Positions 40,640 through 52,292 of a stretch of 64,000 nucleotides of DNA are shown here, in pieces (the first letter of the stretch is position 1; the number at the start of each line of letters is the position of its first letter). The notes under the pieces were generated by a model. It worked only from the letters and a program-made list of their open reading frames with translations, had not been told where the DNA came from and did not search any database. The DNA comes from Octopus sinensis (taxonomy: Eukaryota). Position numbers and translations under genes: made by a program. The stretch lies in assembly GCF_006345805.1 (NCBI RefSeq), contig NC_043014.1, positions 35,774,001-35,838,000 of the forward strand, given 5' to 3'.

Positions 40640-41029
40640 ATATTTACCGGAATAGGGGGAAAGTGTGATGATGTAATATTTATGCCTCACAGAAAACTAT
40701 AGACTATGAAAGTTATGTAAAATGTAACAATCAATTCAAATAAAGACAATACATGCATACATATACTCACACACAAACACACACATAGCTGTACCGCAAT
40801 TATGGTTCAGCATTTTCTAACGTTCTAGATAAACTAAGATCATCGTAGAACCTTAAAAAAAACTTAGACATGATAACTGAAAATCTTCCGCATTAACTTC
40901 CTGGGCGTTTCCTTGTATCTCAACAAATAAATAGAAACAATACAGAAACAAAACGAACAAGTTACCTTATACTGACAAAAACTCCTCTCACATTAACATA
41001 TACACCACTCTTTAGAATCCAGTCAACAA

Positions 41030-41592
41030 TATTCTTCTCTACTCTAGGCACAAGGCCCGAGATTTTGGGGGAGGGAGCCACTCGATTATATCGACCCCGG
41101 TACGCAACTGGTACTTAATTTATCGGCCCCGAAAGGATGAAGGGCAAGGTCAACCTCGGAGGAATTTGAACTCAGAACGTAAAGACAAAATACCTATTTC
41201 TTTACTACCCACAAGGGCCTAAACACAGAGGGGATAAGCAAGGACAGACAAACAGATTAAGTCGACTATATCGACCCCAGTGCGTAACTGGTACTTATTT
41301 AAACGACCCCGAAAGGATGAAAGGCAAAGTCGACCTCGGCGGAATTTGAACTCAGAACGTAGCGGCAGACGAAATACCTATTTCTTTACTACCCACGAGG
41401 GGCTAAAGACAGAGAGGACAAACAAGAACAGACAGACGGATTAAGTCGATTATATCGACCCCAGTGCGTAACTGGTACTTAATTCATCGACCCCGAAAGG
41501 ATGAAAGGCAAAGTAGACCTCGGTGGAATTTGAACTCAGAACGTAATGGCAGACGAAATACAGCTACGCATTTCGCCCGGCGTGCTAACATT
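41030..41592 (-). mobile_element. SINE family B head-to-tail trimer (followed by a monomer at 41610-41808)
   Basis: Units of ~184 bp joined at AATACC|TATTTCTTT (41194/5 and 41378/9). Confidence 0.85.
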
Positions 41593-43023
41593 TCTTAATA
41601 CTGCCAACAATTTTTTTCTACTCTAAGCACAAGGCCCGAAATTTTGTGTAAGGGGACCGGTCGATTAGATTGACACCAATACGCAACTGGTACTTAATTT
41701 ATCGACCTCGAAAAGATGAAAGGTAAAGTCGACTTCGGCGGAATTTGAATTCAGAACGTAAAGACGGACGAAATACTGCTAAGCATTTCGCCCGGCGTGC
41801 TAACGCTTCTTAATCCTGTCATTTATATAGATTTTTCTACTGATATCAGTAAAAAAATCTCTGATTTCCACTCAAACAAAGAAACATTTGATAGAGTTAC
41901 AAAATACTGTTATAAAGCGCTAGAGAATAATGGACTGATAGGAAAAGTTAAGTTCACCCAAAAACTGAACTGTTCTCACCAAATAAAATCAAAATCCTCA
42001 AAACCAAAGGACACCAATAATCAAACATTACGACCGGAAAATTTTTTAAACAATCTGCATATGTGTGACAAATGTAGGAAATTCATCTCAGGTTGTAGAC
42101 GAGGTTCGAATTAACTAATACACCCAAGAATATGGAAGCCAATTCTGTGGATAGTTCTCGATTGTCCTCAACAACCTAGAAATATAGAAATAAATAACTA
42201 CACTTCCTAGGTATTTTAGACAGTTTTTTCTTTTCTTTTCTTTTTTTTTTTGAGATTGAACTACGATGTTAGTCCCATGAGATATAGAACCCCCTTCAAT
42301 CATATATCAGAAAATCATAATGTGCGAGGGCAACTTCAAGAGCTGGTAGGCAGTGAGAGGTAAACTATTCCACCATCCACATGAAGCCGCGTGGCTTAGT
42401 GGTTAGGGTGTTGGACTCATGATCGTAAGATTGTGGTTTCGATTTCTATACTGTGCGGCGCGTTGTGTTCTTGAGCAAAACGCTTCATTTCACGTTGATC
42501 CAGCTCATTCAGCTGGCAAAAATGAGTAATCCTGCGACGAACCGGCGTCCCGTCCACGAGGAGAATATATACGCCATGAAAGCAGGAAATCGGTCCCTAT
42601 GAGTCGGTAAGACTCGAGAAGGTAACTTTACCTTTTTATTCTACCAGCCATGTCATCTGATGTTTCGCAACAACTGAATCATAAAACTTTTAACCCTTTG
42701 GCATTGAGATTACTTTATCTAATCTAATGTCTTTTCTTTTATTCACACTGTTTTAAATTAATCATACATTATCTTGTGGCTTTCAAATTTCGAGGATATG
42801 ATTGTTTATTTTCCTGAATGACATTGTTGGGTAGGTGTGAGAGTCCAGATCTGTCCTGTTAAATGGTTAAATGTTAAATGGTTAATGAATATAACAGTAT
42901 CAAATGTGCTGAGTTCACTGTTACTTTTTCCTAAGCATTGCCATGTAGGTAATAACGCTTATAAACATAACATAACTACTACAACAAACCACTACTGCAA
43001 CTACTACTACTACTACTAATAAC

Positions 43024-43077
<54 letters not shown>

Positions 43078-43079
<2 letters not shown>

Positions 43080-43445
43080 GCCTTTCTACTATAGGCACAA
43101 GGCCTGAAATTTGGTGGGAGGGGGCCATTCGATTATATCGACCCCAGCACGCAGCTGGTAGTTAATTCATCAACCCCGAAAAGATGAAAGGCAAAGTCGA
43201 CTTCGGTGGAATTTGAACTCAGAATATAGCGACGGGCGAAATACATATTTCTTTACTACCCACAAGGGGCTAAACACAGAGAGGACAAACAATGAGAGAC
43301 AAACGGATTAAGGCTATTATATCGACCCCAGTGCATAACAGGTACTTATTTAATCGACCCCGAAAGGATGAAAGGCAAAGTCGACCTCGGCGGAATTTGA
43401 ACTCAGAACGTAACGGCAGGCGAGATACGGCTATGCATTTCGCCT
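43078..43445 (-). mobile_element. SINE family B dimer
   Basis: Junction AATACA|TATTTCTTT at 43245/6. Confidence 0.85.
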
Positions 43446-43634
43446 ATGCATTTGTCCCCTAGCATTGCTTGACAATCGATGCTGGTGTGTTTATGTCCCC
43501 GTTACTTAGCGGTTCGGCAAAAGAGACCGATAGAATAAGTACTGGGCTTACAAAAGAATAAGTCCCGGGGTCGAGTTGGTCGATTAAAGGCGGTGCTTCA
43601 GCATGGCCGCAGTCAAATGACTGAAACAAGTATA

Positions 43635-43890
43635 ATGTGTTCCCACTGATAAAAATATATCTGTAAAGGAATTTCACAAACTTAGTAAAATATAAGAATC
43701 TGGAAAATGAAATACAAAAGATGTGGCGTCTTAAAATAAAAACTGTTTCTATTATTGTAGATGCCCTAGGTATGATAAAAAAATGTTGGGGTATCTGAGG
43801 CATCAAGACAACATCCCAACTTGTGCTGACAAGTACTACTCACATCCTTAGAAAAACCTTATCAATTTAAATGCTTAAGTTGTATTATAC
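43635..43890 (+). mobile_element. R4-like 3' fragment (same subfamily as 55570-55890)
   Basis: PTDKNISVKEF.K...ENEIQKMWRLKIKTVSIIVDALG. Confidence 0.7.
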
Positions 43891-44050
43891 TGAAGAATTT
43901 CTGTACAGCCCTCACCACTTCTCCTCTCTAAGCTTTCACTTATATTTCAGCATTTCTTAACCTTCATTTGCCCTGTGGCACTGGGTGTGTCCTGACAAGT
44001 GATTACATCAAACATACGGATTAAAAATAAACAACAACAACTACAACAGC

Positions 44051-44089
<39 letters not shown>

Positions 44090-44204
44090 AATAATAATAA
44101 TGATATTAATAATTGGTTGGAATCCTTTTTGTCTCGGGAGACAATGGAGTTGCGCATAAAGTAGTCTAGTCCGGCTTTTACATTTCATGTCCTAATACAT
44201 TTGC

Positions 44205-44470
44205 TGCTGTGGCTGTGTAGTCCTATCCTAGACAAACACTCCCTCTGGCAGGTGCCGCAAATGTAGCGAAGACTGTTCCTGGCTGGTTGTAATGTCATAG
44301 TTTCTTGTTGACGTCTTTTTTTGTCTTTCCATTTCTCCTCTCTCTCTGTCACTCCTTTGTATTCCCTCTTTTACGGTACGTCGCCAATCACCACGGTTGC
44401 TGGCAACTGCTTCCCAATTGCTAATATTGATGCTGCGGGCCTTCATGTCCCTTTTGCAAACATCCTAGTA
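44205..44470 (-). mobile_element. RTE-clade LINE 3' fragment
   Basis: CKRDMKARSINISNWEAVASNRGDWRRTVKEG. Confidence 0.7.
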
Positions 44471-44504
44471 ACGTAAGAACGGTCTTCCCACAGACATAGT
44501 ACCC

Positions 44505-44554
<50 letters not shown>

Positions 44555-44619
44555 TAATAATAATAATACCAGTCAGAATCTTCATACATTTTGCTTTGTT
44601 CTGTTTTTCTTACTTTCAG

Positions 44620-45190
44620 AGTGGTGTGGTCTGTGGCCCTCATCTGTATGACATTTACCATGATTATCTCAATGGCAGATATATTTACTGAATTTTACCA
44701 ATACCCGCTTCTCACCCGAATCAATGTCGGATTTGCCGAAAAGCTGCCTTTCCCTGCTGTCACATTGTGCAATTTAAACCCGGTTGATCGTACGAAGGTA
44801 GAATTCAAAAAACTGGAGCCGTACTTTCTAGCTTTCACTCAGATTGATGACAATGTGAGCAAATCTCTCATTAATTGGGATGACCCTGCACTACTACCTT
44901 TCAAAATACCCATGAATAAAAGCTACGTGCGTCAAATCAGCCCCAATTTAAATTCGATGTTATATTCATGTCTGTGGGAAGGAAAATATTTGAAGTCGAA
45001 ATGTTCGAAGAATTTCACTGAAAATTTTACAGAATTGGGTATCTGTTATACGTTTAACAGCGCCAACTATAGTGAACTCTACGGACCGCTGTACACGTCA
45101 CACACAGGTAGCAGTACTGGGTTAGTACTCTATTTTTACATCAACGAAAGCACTTACATTTACAATGAAGACATGGCATCTGGTGTTAAG
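44620..45190 (+). CDS. DEG/ENaC family ion channel, exon 2 (TM1 and start of ectodomain)
   Basis: Polypyrimidine tract + ttcag|A acceptor and AAG|gtaagt donor. Encodes hydrophobic TM1 (VVWSVALICMTFTMII) and the hallmark motifs FPAVTLCNLNP and GICYTFN. Confidence 0.95.
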
Positions 45191-45283
45191 GTAAGTAATT
45201 ATAATACTAAATAAATAAATGGAAGAAATTTAAAAGAAATAAACAACGTATTCAGTAAATTACAGAGAAACTATACTTGACAG

Positions 45284-45382
45284 ATCTTACTACATCATCC
45301 ACAAGAAGTACCCGATGCAAAGAGGGAAGGAATTTTCATGTCGCCTGGTTTTGCAACAAGAGTCAACCTGAAATTTCTTAGT
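45284..45382 (+). CDS. DEG/ENaC channel, exon 3
   Basis: gacag|ATC ... AGT|gtgagt, 99 bp, phase 0/0. Encodes ILLHHPQEVPDAKREGIFMSPGFATRVNLKFLS (typical H.....P......G....PG..T segment). Follows a 93-bp intron. Confidence 0.92.
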
Positions 45383-45460
45383 GTGAGTATACTATATATG
45401 GTGGTGGTTGTGGTGGTGGTGGTGGTGGTGGTGGTGGTGGTCGTCGTCGTCGTCGTCGTG

Positions 45461-45586
45461 GCGGAGGCGGCAGTGGGGGCGGAGGCGGCAGTGGGGGCGG
45501 AGGCGGCAGTGGGGGCGGAGGCGGCAGTGGGGGCGGAGGCGGCAGTGGGGGCGGAGGCGGCAGTGGGGGCGGAGGCGGCAGTGGGG
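45461..45586. repeat. 18-bp G-rich minisatellite (GCGGAGGCGGCAGTGGGG)x7
   Basis: Perfect tandem units in intron 3, preceded by (GGT)n(CGT)n. Confidence 0.95.
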
Positions 45587-45727
45587 GCGGGAGCGGTGGC
45601 GGTGGCGGTGGGAGTACTGGTTATGGTGGTGGCGTGGTGGTAATTGTAGCAGTGGTAGTTGTGATGGTGGTGGTTGTGACGGTAGTGTTAGTGGCAGTGG
45701 TGATATTAACAACTTTTTTCCCTAGTT

Positions 45728-46090
45728 ATTTCTTTACTTCCCACAAGGGGCTAAACATAGTGCGTCAATGGTTCTTATTTAATCGACCCCAAAAGGATGA
45801 AAGGCAAAGTCGACCTCGGCGGAATTTGAGCTCAGAACGTAACGGCAGACGAAATACCTATTTCTTTATTACCCACAAGGGGCTAAACACAGAGGGGACA
45901 AACAAGGACAGACATAGGTATTAAGTTGATTACATCGACCCCAGTGCGTAACTGGTACTTAATTTATCGACCCCGAAAGGGTGAAAGGCAAAGTCGACCT
46001 CGGCGGAATTTGAACTCACAACGTAAGGCAGACGAAATACCGCTATGCATTTCGCCCGGTGTGCTAACGTTCCTGCCAGCTCGCCGCCTT
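45728..46090 (-). mobile_element. SINE family B dimer (one unit internally deleted)
   Basis: Same junction at 45858/9. Confidence 0.8.
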
Positions 46091-46329
46091 TTTTTTCCTA
46101 GTGGCAATAACGTGAGTGGCTGTAGTGATGGTGTGATTGGCTCTAGGGGTGGTATGAATGATCGTGGTTGTGACGTGAGTGGTTTTAGTGGTGTGAGTAG
46201 TTGTAAGAGAAGAAAACTTTAAAAATCACAATAACATTGGATATCTCCTATCAAGGGTGTTTACTGAATATCCTGAGGTCTTCGTATCGTGTTCATATCA
46301 GAAACAGAGAAGCCTTCATTTCTAATATG

Positions 46330-46620
46330 AACCATCATCAAGACCTGATGATAGAATGAAGAATGTGCAATACATAACAAAATGCGAAGCACATATAACA
46401 CTTAAAGACCACAAGGAAAATTTCGTTACAAACGCGAAGTTAATGAGACTAGTTGGTCAGGCCATGTAACAGTCAGGTTATCGCGATGCAGAAACAACAT
46501 AGCCTAAAGATCAATACCAACAGGAATAAAGAAAAGGAACTGAAAACCACAGGCCACATGCTGTCGAACCTTTGTGGGAGATATGAAGGCTGTTGACAAA
46601 CATAACCTATTAAAAATACT
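46330..46620 (+). mobile_element. Possible decayed Penelope-like RT fragment
   Basis: KCEAHITLKDHKENFVTNAK at 46380-46440 resembles the ITLKDHK.NF motif I associate with some Penelope-like RTs. Confidence 0.45.
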
Positions 46621-48836
46621 GAAGGCGAACTGTTAACTGACATTCTGTCGCTTACGGCGTCATGGGTTGCAGTTGATCTGATCAATGGAACAGTCTGCTC
46701 ATGAAATTAACTTGTAAGTGGCTGAGTACTCCACAGATACGCATATTCTTAACGTAGTTCTCAAGGAGATTCGGCTCGACACAGAATGTGACAAGGCTGA
46801 CCCTTTGAAATACTGATACAGCTCATTTTTGTCAGCTGAGAGGACTGGAGCAACATGAAATAAAGTGTCTTGCTCAAGTACACAACGCGTCCCCGGGAAT
46901 CGAACTCGCGACCTTATGATCGTGAGTCAAATACCCTAACCACCGAGCCACGCGCTTTCACTGAGAAAACTACTAGAGATGCGAAAACGTGCGTAAGGTG
47001 GATTGACAAACTGATAACTTTTTGTTGATAGCTAAAATCTCTCTAAACCAGTTCGTTGATGAGGAGGGTTGATTCTTGTAGTCCCGAAGTAGCGTGAAAT
47101 ATTTTCAAGACAAAGGATGTTTATGATGAGTTCTCATTTGTTTGCTTAAGATGACTTTTGAGCACTTTGCTAAAAGTATTTGTTTCCACTATACAGACTA
47201 TGTGATACAATATGATACCACGCGGATGTTTGGGCTCTCATAAACCACTATCTTCCATATTTTCTGAGACAGAGCCTGTTGATATCCTTATTTCTGTGGA
47301 AACTACCAGATGGTGTTAGGGTCATTGCTGAATTTATTATGAATGGTGTATAGAGAAAATCTCTATAGTCGAGACGAATACCCTAAATAGTACTTCAAAG
47401 TTATTGTGGGATATTCACTTGTTATACGAAAGCATCAACTGCTCTGTCTTTAAAAAAATATACACTAACACCCTTTGGTCACTCTTTGTTCACACTATCC
47501 CTGAATATGTATGTATGGCTGCATGTATATATGTATGTACGTATGTACGAACGAACGGATAAATTGTTGGATGGATGGTTATTTGCTTAGGTGAAAGTAA
47601 ACATCACGTTACAGTTATTATTTTAATGCAAGTCACAGAATAACGTAACATTTACTAATAATAGACTCAATAATGAAGTGCAGATTGAAAAATTCTTTTT
47701 GACATGGATTTTAAGTTTCGCCTAACGGCTTATTCAACCAGTCGATTGAGCTGATTGGATTTTTGTAAGCATGTATGTATATGTGTACGTTTTTCATTGT
47801 GATGGTCACTAAGATTGATCGCTAAGAATGGAACAAGCCTTTTTTGTATGAATCAAAACAGTTCCAGATATCTGTGAATATATGAATGAATTAGTGAGTG
47901 CCTTCAAATCAAACCCGATACCTGGGAAATGCAAGCACAGGACCGCCCTGCCTGGTATAGCTGCACCAACAGAGGTGCAACCTCTTGCAAACAGAATAGG
48001 ATACACACACATACATTCTTTGTTTTGTCCTGTATTGTCCATAATGTTTTCCTTAATGTAAACCCTTGTGGTTAATAAAGAAATTATTATTATTTTGTGA
48101 GGTATACTACCCACCTCAATATGGCTAACCACTAAGGGTGGGTGTTACTGTAGCTTGTAGCCCCTGGAGAGCATCGTCTCCAGCTGGCTTTAGGCACACT
48201 TTCTGTGCCCTTATGGTATTTGCAAAGGGAGGCCATCCCTCTCTCGTAAACCTAAGTGATACGCACGGACTGCAGTTTCTAGGTAGCTTGTACCCCACAT
48301 TGTCGTGCAGTTACTGTTTACATCTCGTTCAGAGACTTATTATTGCTTACTATTATTTCAATAAATAGGAATACGAATGTTTATTTCCATGGATAGCTGT
48401 ATCTTAACGTGTGAGTGTATGCATGTGTACGTGTGTGTGTGTGTGTGTCTGTGTGTGTGTGTGTGTGTGTGTATGTGTGTGTATGTGTGTGTGTGTGAAA
48501 GAGAGATAGAGAGAGAGATAGAGAGAGAACGTACTTATGTCTAAAATTGATAGTTTACTTGTGTGTCACCTAGCAGCTGAACGCGACCAGCCCCTTGAAG
48601 AGGCTCGAGTAAGCTGTCACTTGTTGATATAATAAATACATCTTAAGAGCTTACTCCAGGTATACAGTTCTACATCAGAGAATTCACCTTATATAAAATA
48701 TATTTGTATTTTACAATTTGTACATTATGAATTATAAGAGCGTATATGTGTGCATAATACGTAGTGGTGTATGCGTTGTGTATACATACACCTACACACA
48801 CATCATCTGTATATATATATATATAACAATGATAAA

Positions 48837-48875
<39 letters not shown>

Positions 48876-48880
48876 CATAC

Positions 48881-48911
<31 letters not shown>

Positions 48912-49125
48912 TCTCTTTTACTCTTTTACTTGTTTCAGTCATTTGACTGTAGCCATGCTGGAGCACCGCCTTTAGTCGAGCAAATCGACCACAGGATTTA
49001 TTCTTTGTTAGCCTAATACTTATTCTATCGGCCTCATTTGCCAAACCGCTAAGTCACGGTGACGTAAACACACCAGTATCGGTTGTCAAGCGATGTTGAG
49101 GGGACAAACACAGACACACAAAAAA
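48912..49125 (-). mobile_element. SINE family A, 3' half
   Basis: CTTTTACTCTTTTACTTGTTTCAGTCATTTGACT...CACACCAGTATCGGTTGTCAAG. Confidence 0.8.
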
Positions 49126-49140
49126 AACACACACACATAC

Positions 49141-49184
<44 letters not shown>

Positions 49185-49387
49185 TATATATATTATATAT
49201 ATATATATAATAATAATAATATTAGGGAATAAATCCAAATTTACAGGAAAAAATCAGATTAGGATTAAATCCAATTTTATAGTAAAATATTATATAATAT
49301 TATTAGAGACAAAACCACTATTTTGCAAAACAAACAAGGAAAGACTTAATCAATACATAAAATTTTAATAAAAAGTCAAAAAAACCG

Positions 49388-49430
49388 CCACTACAATTGT
49401 TTCTTGTCCTGATCGACAATCTTCAGGTGG
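49388..49430 (-). ncRNA. Minimal type I hammerhead ribozyme motif (inverted copy of 52127-52169)
   Basis: Exact reverse complement of the 52127-52169 motif. Confidence 0.78.
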
Positions 49431-52126
49431 GCTTCCAATCTAAAATATCAATATTTTAAAATATAAAAATAATAATTTTAAAATAATTAAAGTATTAATG
49501 AAAAAATATAAATATATTAATCTATATATAACCTATATATAATCCATATATAATCAATATATAAACAATATATAAACTAAAATAAACCTATCAACAATTA
49601 AATATAAAACAAAACAAAAAATAAACTATATATACACCCATTCACATATAACTAATTATATATAACCATATCTAAATACATACACTAAATCACACACCTA
49701 TATATATATCCCTATACATACACATAAAAACGTCTAGGCAACGATAAATAAATAAAATAGCCAAATACTTCAACACAATACTTATTCATACTCCCTCACA
49801 CGCACATACAACCCACATTCCCGCTCTAGAAACGAACATCATTTTTTTTATATATCGTATTATGTGTAATAATGTTGTTTTTCTTTGGAGTGTTTATGTA
49901 TGTGGGAATGTGTGTAAGTATGTGCGTATTTTAGTTGTATAATTTATTTATCTGTATGAGTGTGGGTGTGTAAATATTGTTGTATATATCGAGTTTAGTG
50001 AGTATGTATATGCGTATATGTGAGGGAGTATATGTATATGTTGTGTGTGTGTGTTTTACGTATGTATATTTGTGTGTGAATGTGTATATGGGTTTGTTAT
50101 ATAGGTTTGGAGATGTATGTGTTAATTTATCTGTGTGGGGTGGGAGTGGGTTTTTGGTGTATATTGAGGTTTATACGTTAGTATAGGTATGTGTGAGTGA
50201 GGTGGGTATTTGTATAAGTCGTGGGTCTGTGGTTTACGTGTGTGTATTTGTGTGTGAATGTTTAGGTTAGGGGGATTGCTATATAGGTTTGTTATAGAGT
50301 TTAGCAAAGGGAGATTTTATCATTATATGTTTTTATGAGTTTTAATTTATCATGGTAGTTTTATTAAAGAATTCGTAGTAATTTGTCTATTTACGATGTT
50401 TGTTATTTTATTACATTATTTCATTCATAATTTTTAAGTAATGTTCGTTTTACCACGTGAATATAATTTTTAATTCCATTTATTCCATTTCTCCATTCAT
50501 AATTTTAAAAGATGTTCGTTTCCAGAGCGGGAATACTTTTTATACATATGTTAGGTTCCTTGGTAACGTAATTTTGTTTGGTGTATATGTTGAGGCTTAT
50601 ATGTACTTATAGGTATGTGTGAATGAGGTGGGTATTTGTATTTGTTATGGGTGTGTGGTTTACGTGTGTGTATTTGTGTGTGAATGTATAGGTTAAGGGA
50701 TTGCTATATAGGTATGTTATAGGGTTTAGGAAAGGGAGGTTTTATCATTTATGTTTTTATGAGTTTTAATTTATCATGGTAGTTTTATTAAAGAATCCAT
50801 TCATAATTTTTTTAAATAATGTTAGTTTACCGCGTGAATATAATTTTTAATTCCATTTATTCTATTTCTCCATTCATAATTTTAAATGAAGTTTGTTTCC
50901 ATAGCGCGTATTCTTTTTATACATATGTTAGGTTCCTATGGTAACGTAATTTTGGTTTGATGTTTTTAACGGCTTAGAATTTAATTTCACTTCATAATTT
51001 GAAACTGACTTGAAAGTATGTATATTATTTCTCCTTATGTCATATTGTTATTTTTGATATTCTGGTTACTTACGATGTATTTTATATATCGTATTATGTG
51101 TAATAATGTTGTTTTTCTTGGAGTGTTTATGTATGTGGGATTGTGTGTGAGTGTGTGCGTATTTTAGTTGTATAATTTATTTATCTGTATGAGTGTGGGT
51201 GTGTTAATATTGTTGTATATATCGAGTTTAGTGAGTATGTATATGTATATGGTGTGTGTTTTACGTATGTATATTTGTGTGTGAATGTGTTTATGGGTTT
51301 GCTATATAGGTTTGGGGATGTATGTGTTTATTTATCTGTGTGGGGTTGAGTGGGTTTTTGGAGTATATATTGAGGTTTATATGTATGTATAGGTATGTGT
51401 GAGTGAGGTGGGTATTTGTATATGTCGTGGGTGTGTGGTTTACGTGTGTGTATTTGTGTGTGAATGTTTAGGTTTAGGGGGATTGCTATAGAGGTATGTT
51501 ATAGAGTTTAGTAAAGGGAGATTTTATCATTATATGTTTTTATGAGTTTTAGTTTATCATGGTAGTTTTATTAAAGAATTCGTAGTAATTTATGTCTATT
51601 TACGATGTCTGTTATTTTATTACATTATTTCATTCATAATTTTTAAGTAATGTTCGTTTTACCAAGTGAATATAATTTTTAATTCCATTTATTCCATTTC
51701 TCCATTCATAATTTTAAATGATGTTCGTTTCTAGAGCGGGAATGTGGGTTGTATGTGTGTGTGAGGGAGTATGAATAAGTATTGTGTTGAAGTATTTGGC
51801 TATTTTATTTATTTATCGTTGCCTAGACGTTTTTATGTGTATGTATAGGGATATATATATAGGTGTGTGATTTAGTGTATGTATTTAGATATGGTTATAT
51901 ATAATTAGTATATGTGTATGGGTGTATATATAGTTTATTTTTTGTTTTGTTTTATATTTAATGTTGATAGGTTTATTTTAGTTTATATATTGTTTATATA
52001 TTGATTATATATGGATTATATATAGGTTATATATAGATTATATATTTATATTTTTTCATTAATACTTTAATTATTTTAAAATTATTATTTTTATATTTTA
52101 AAATATTGATATTTTAGATTGGAAGT

Positions 52127-52169
52127 CCACCTGAAGATTGTCGATCAGGACAAGAAACAATTGTAGTGG
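52127..52169 (+). ncRNA. Minimal type I hammerhead ribozyme motif
   Basis: ccac CTGAAGA ttgtc-gatcag-gacaa GAA ACAATTGT A gtgg: stem I ccac/gtgg, core CUGANGA, 5-bp stem II, GAA, palindromic stem III ACAAUUGU, GUA cleavage triplet. Confidence 0.8.
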
Positions 52170-52254
52170 CGGTTTTTTTGACTTTTTATTAAAATTTTAT
52201 GTATTGATTAAGTCTTTCCTTGTTTGTTTTGCAAAATAGTGGTTTTGTCTCTAA

Positions 52255-52292
<38 letters not shown>

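Larger units (their letters stand above)
49291..52265. mobile_element. 3-kb foldback element with ~550-bp inverted arms, each carrying a minimal hammerhead motif; probable non-autonomous Penelope-like derivative
   Basis: 49291-49844 is the near-perfect reverse complement of 51716-52265. The spacer is G/T-rich and internally tandem-duplicated, with no credible ORF. Confidence 0.8.
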
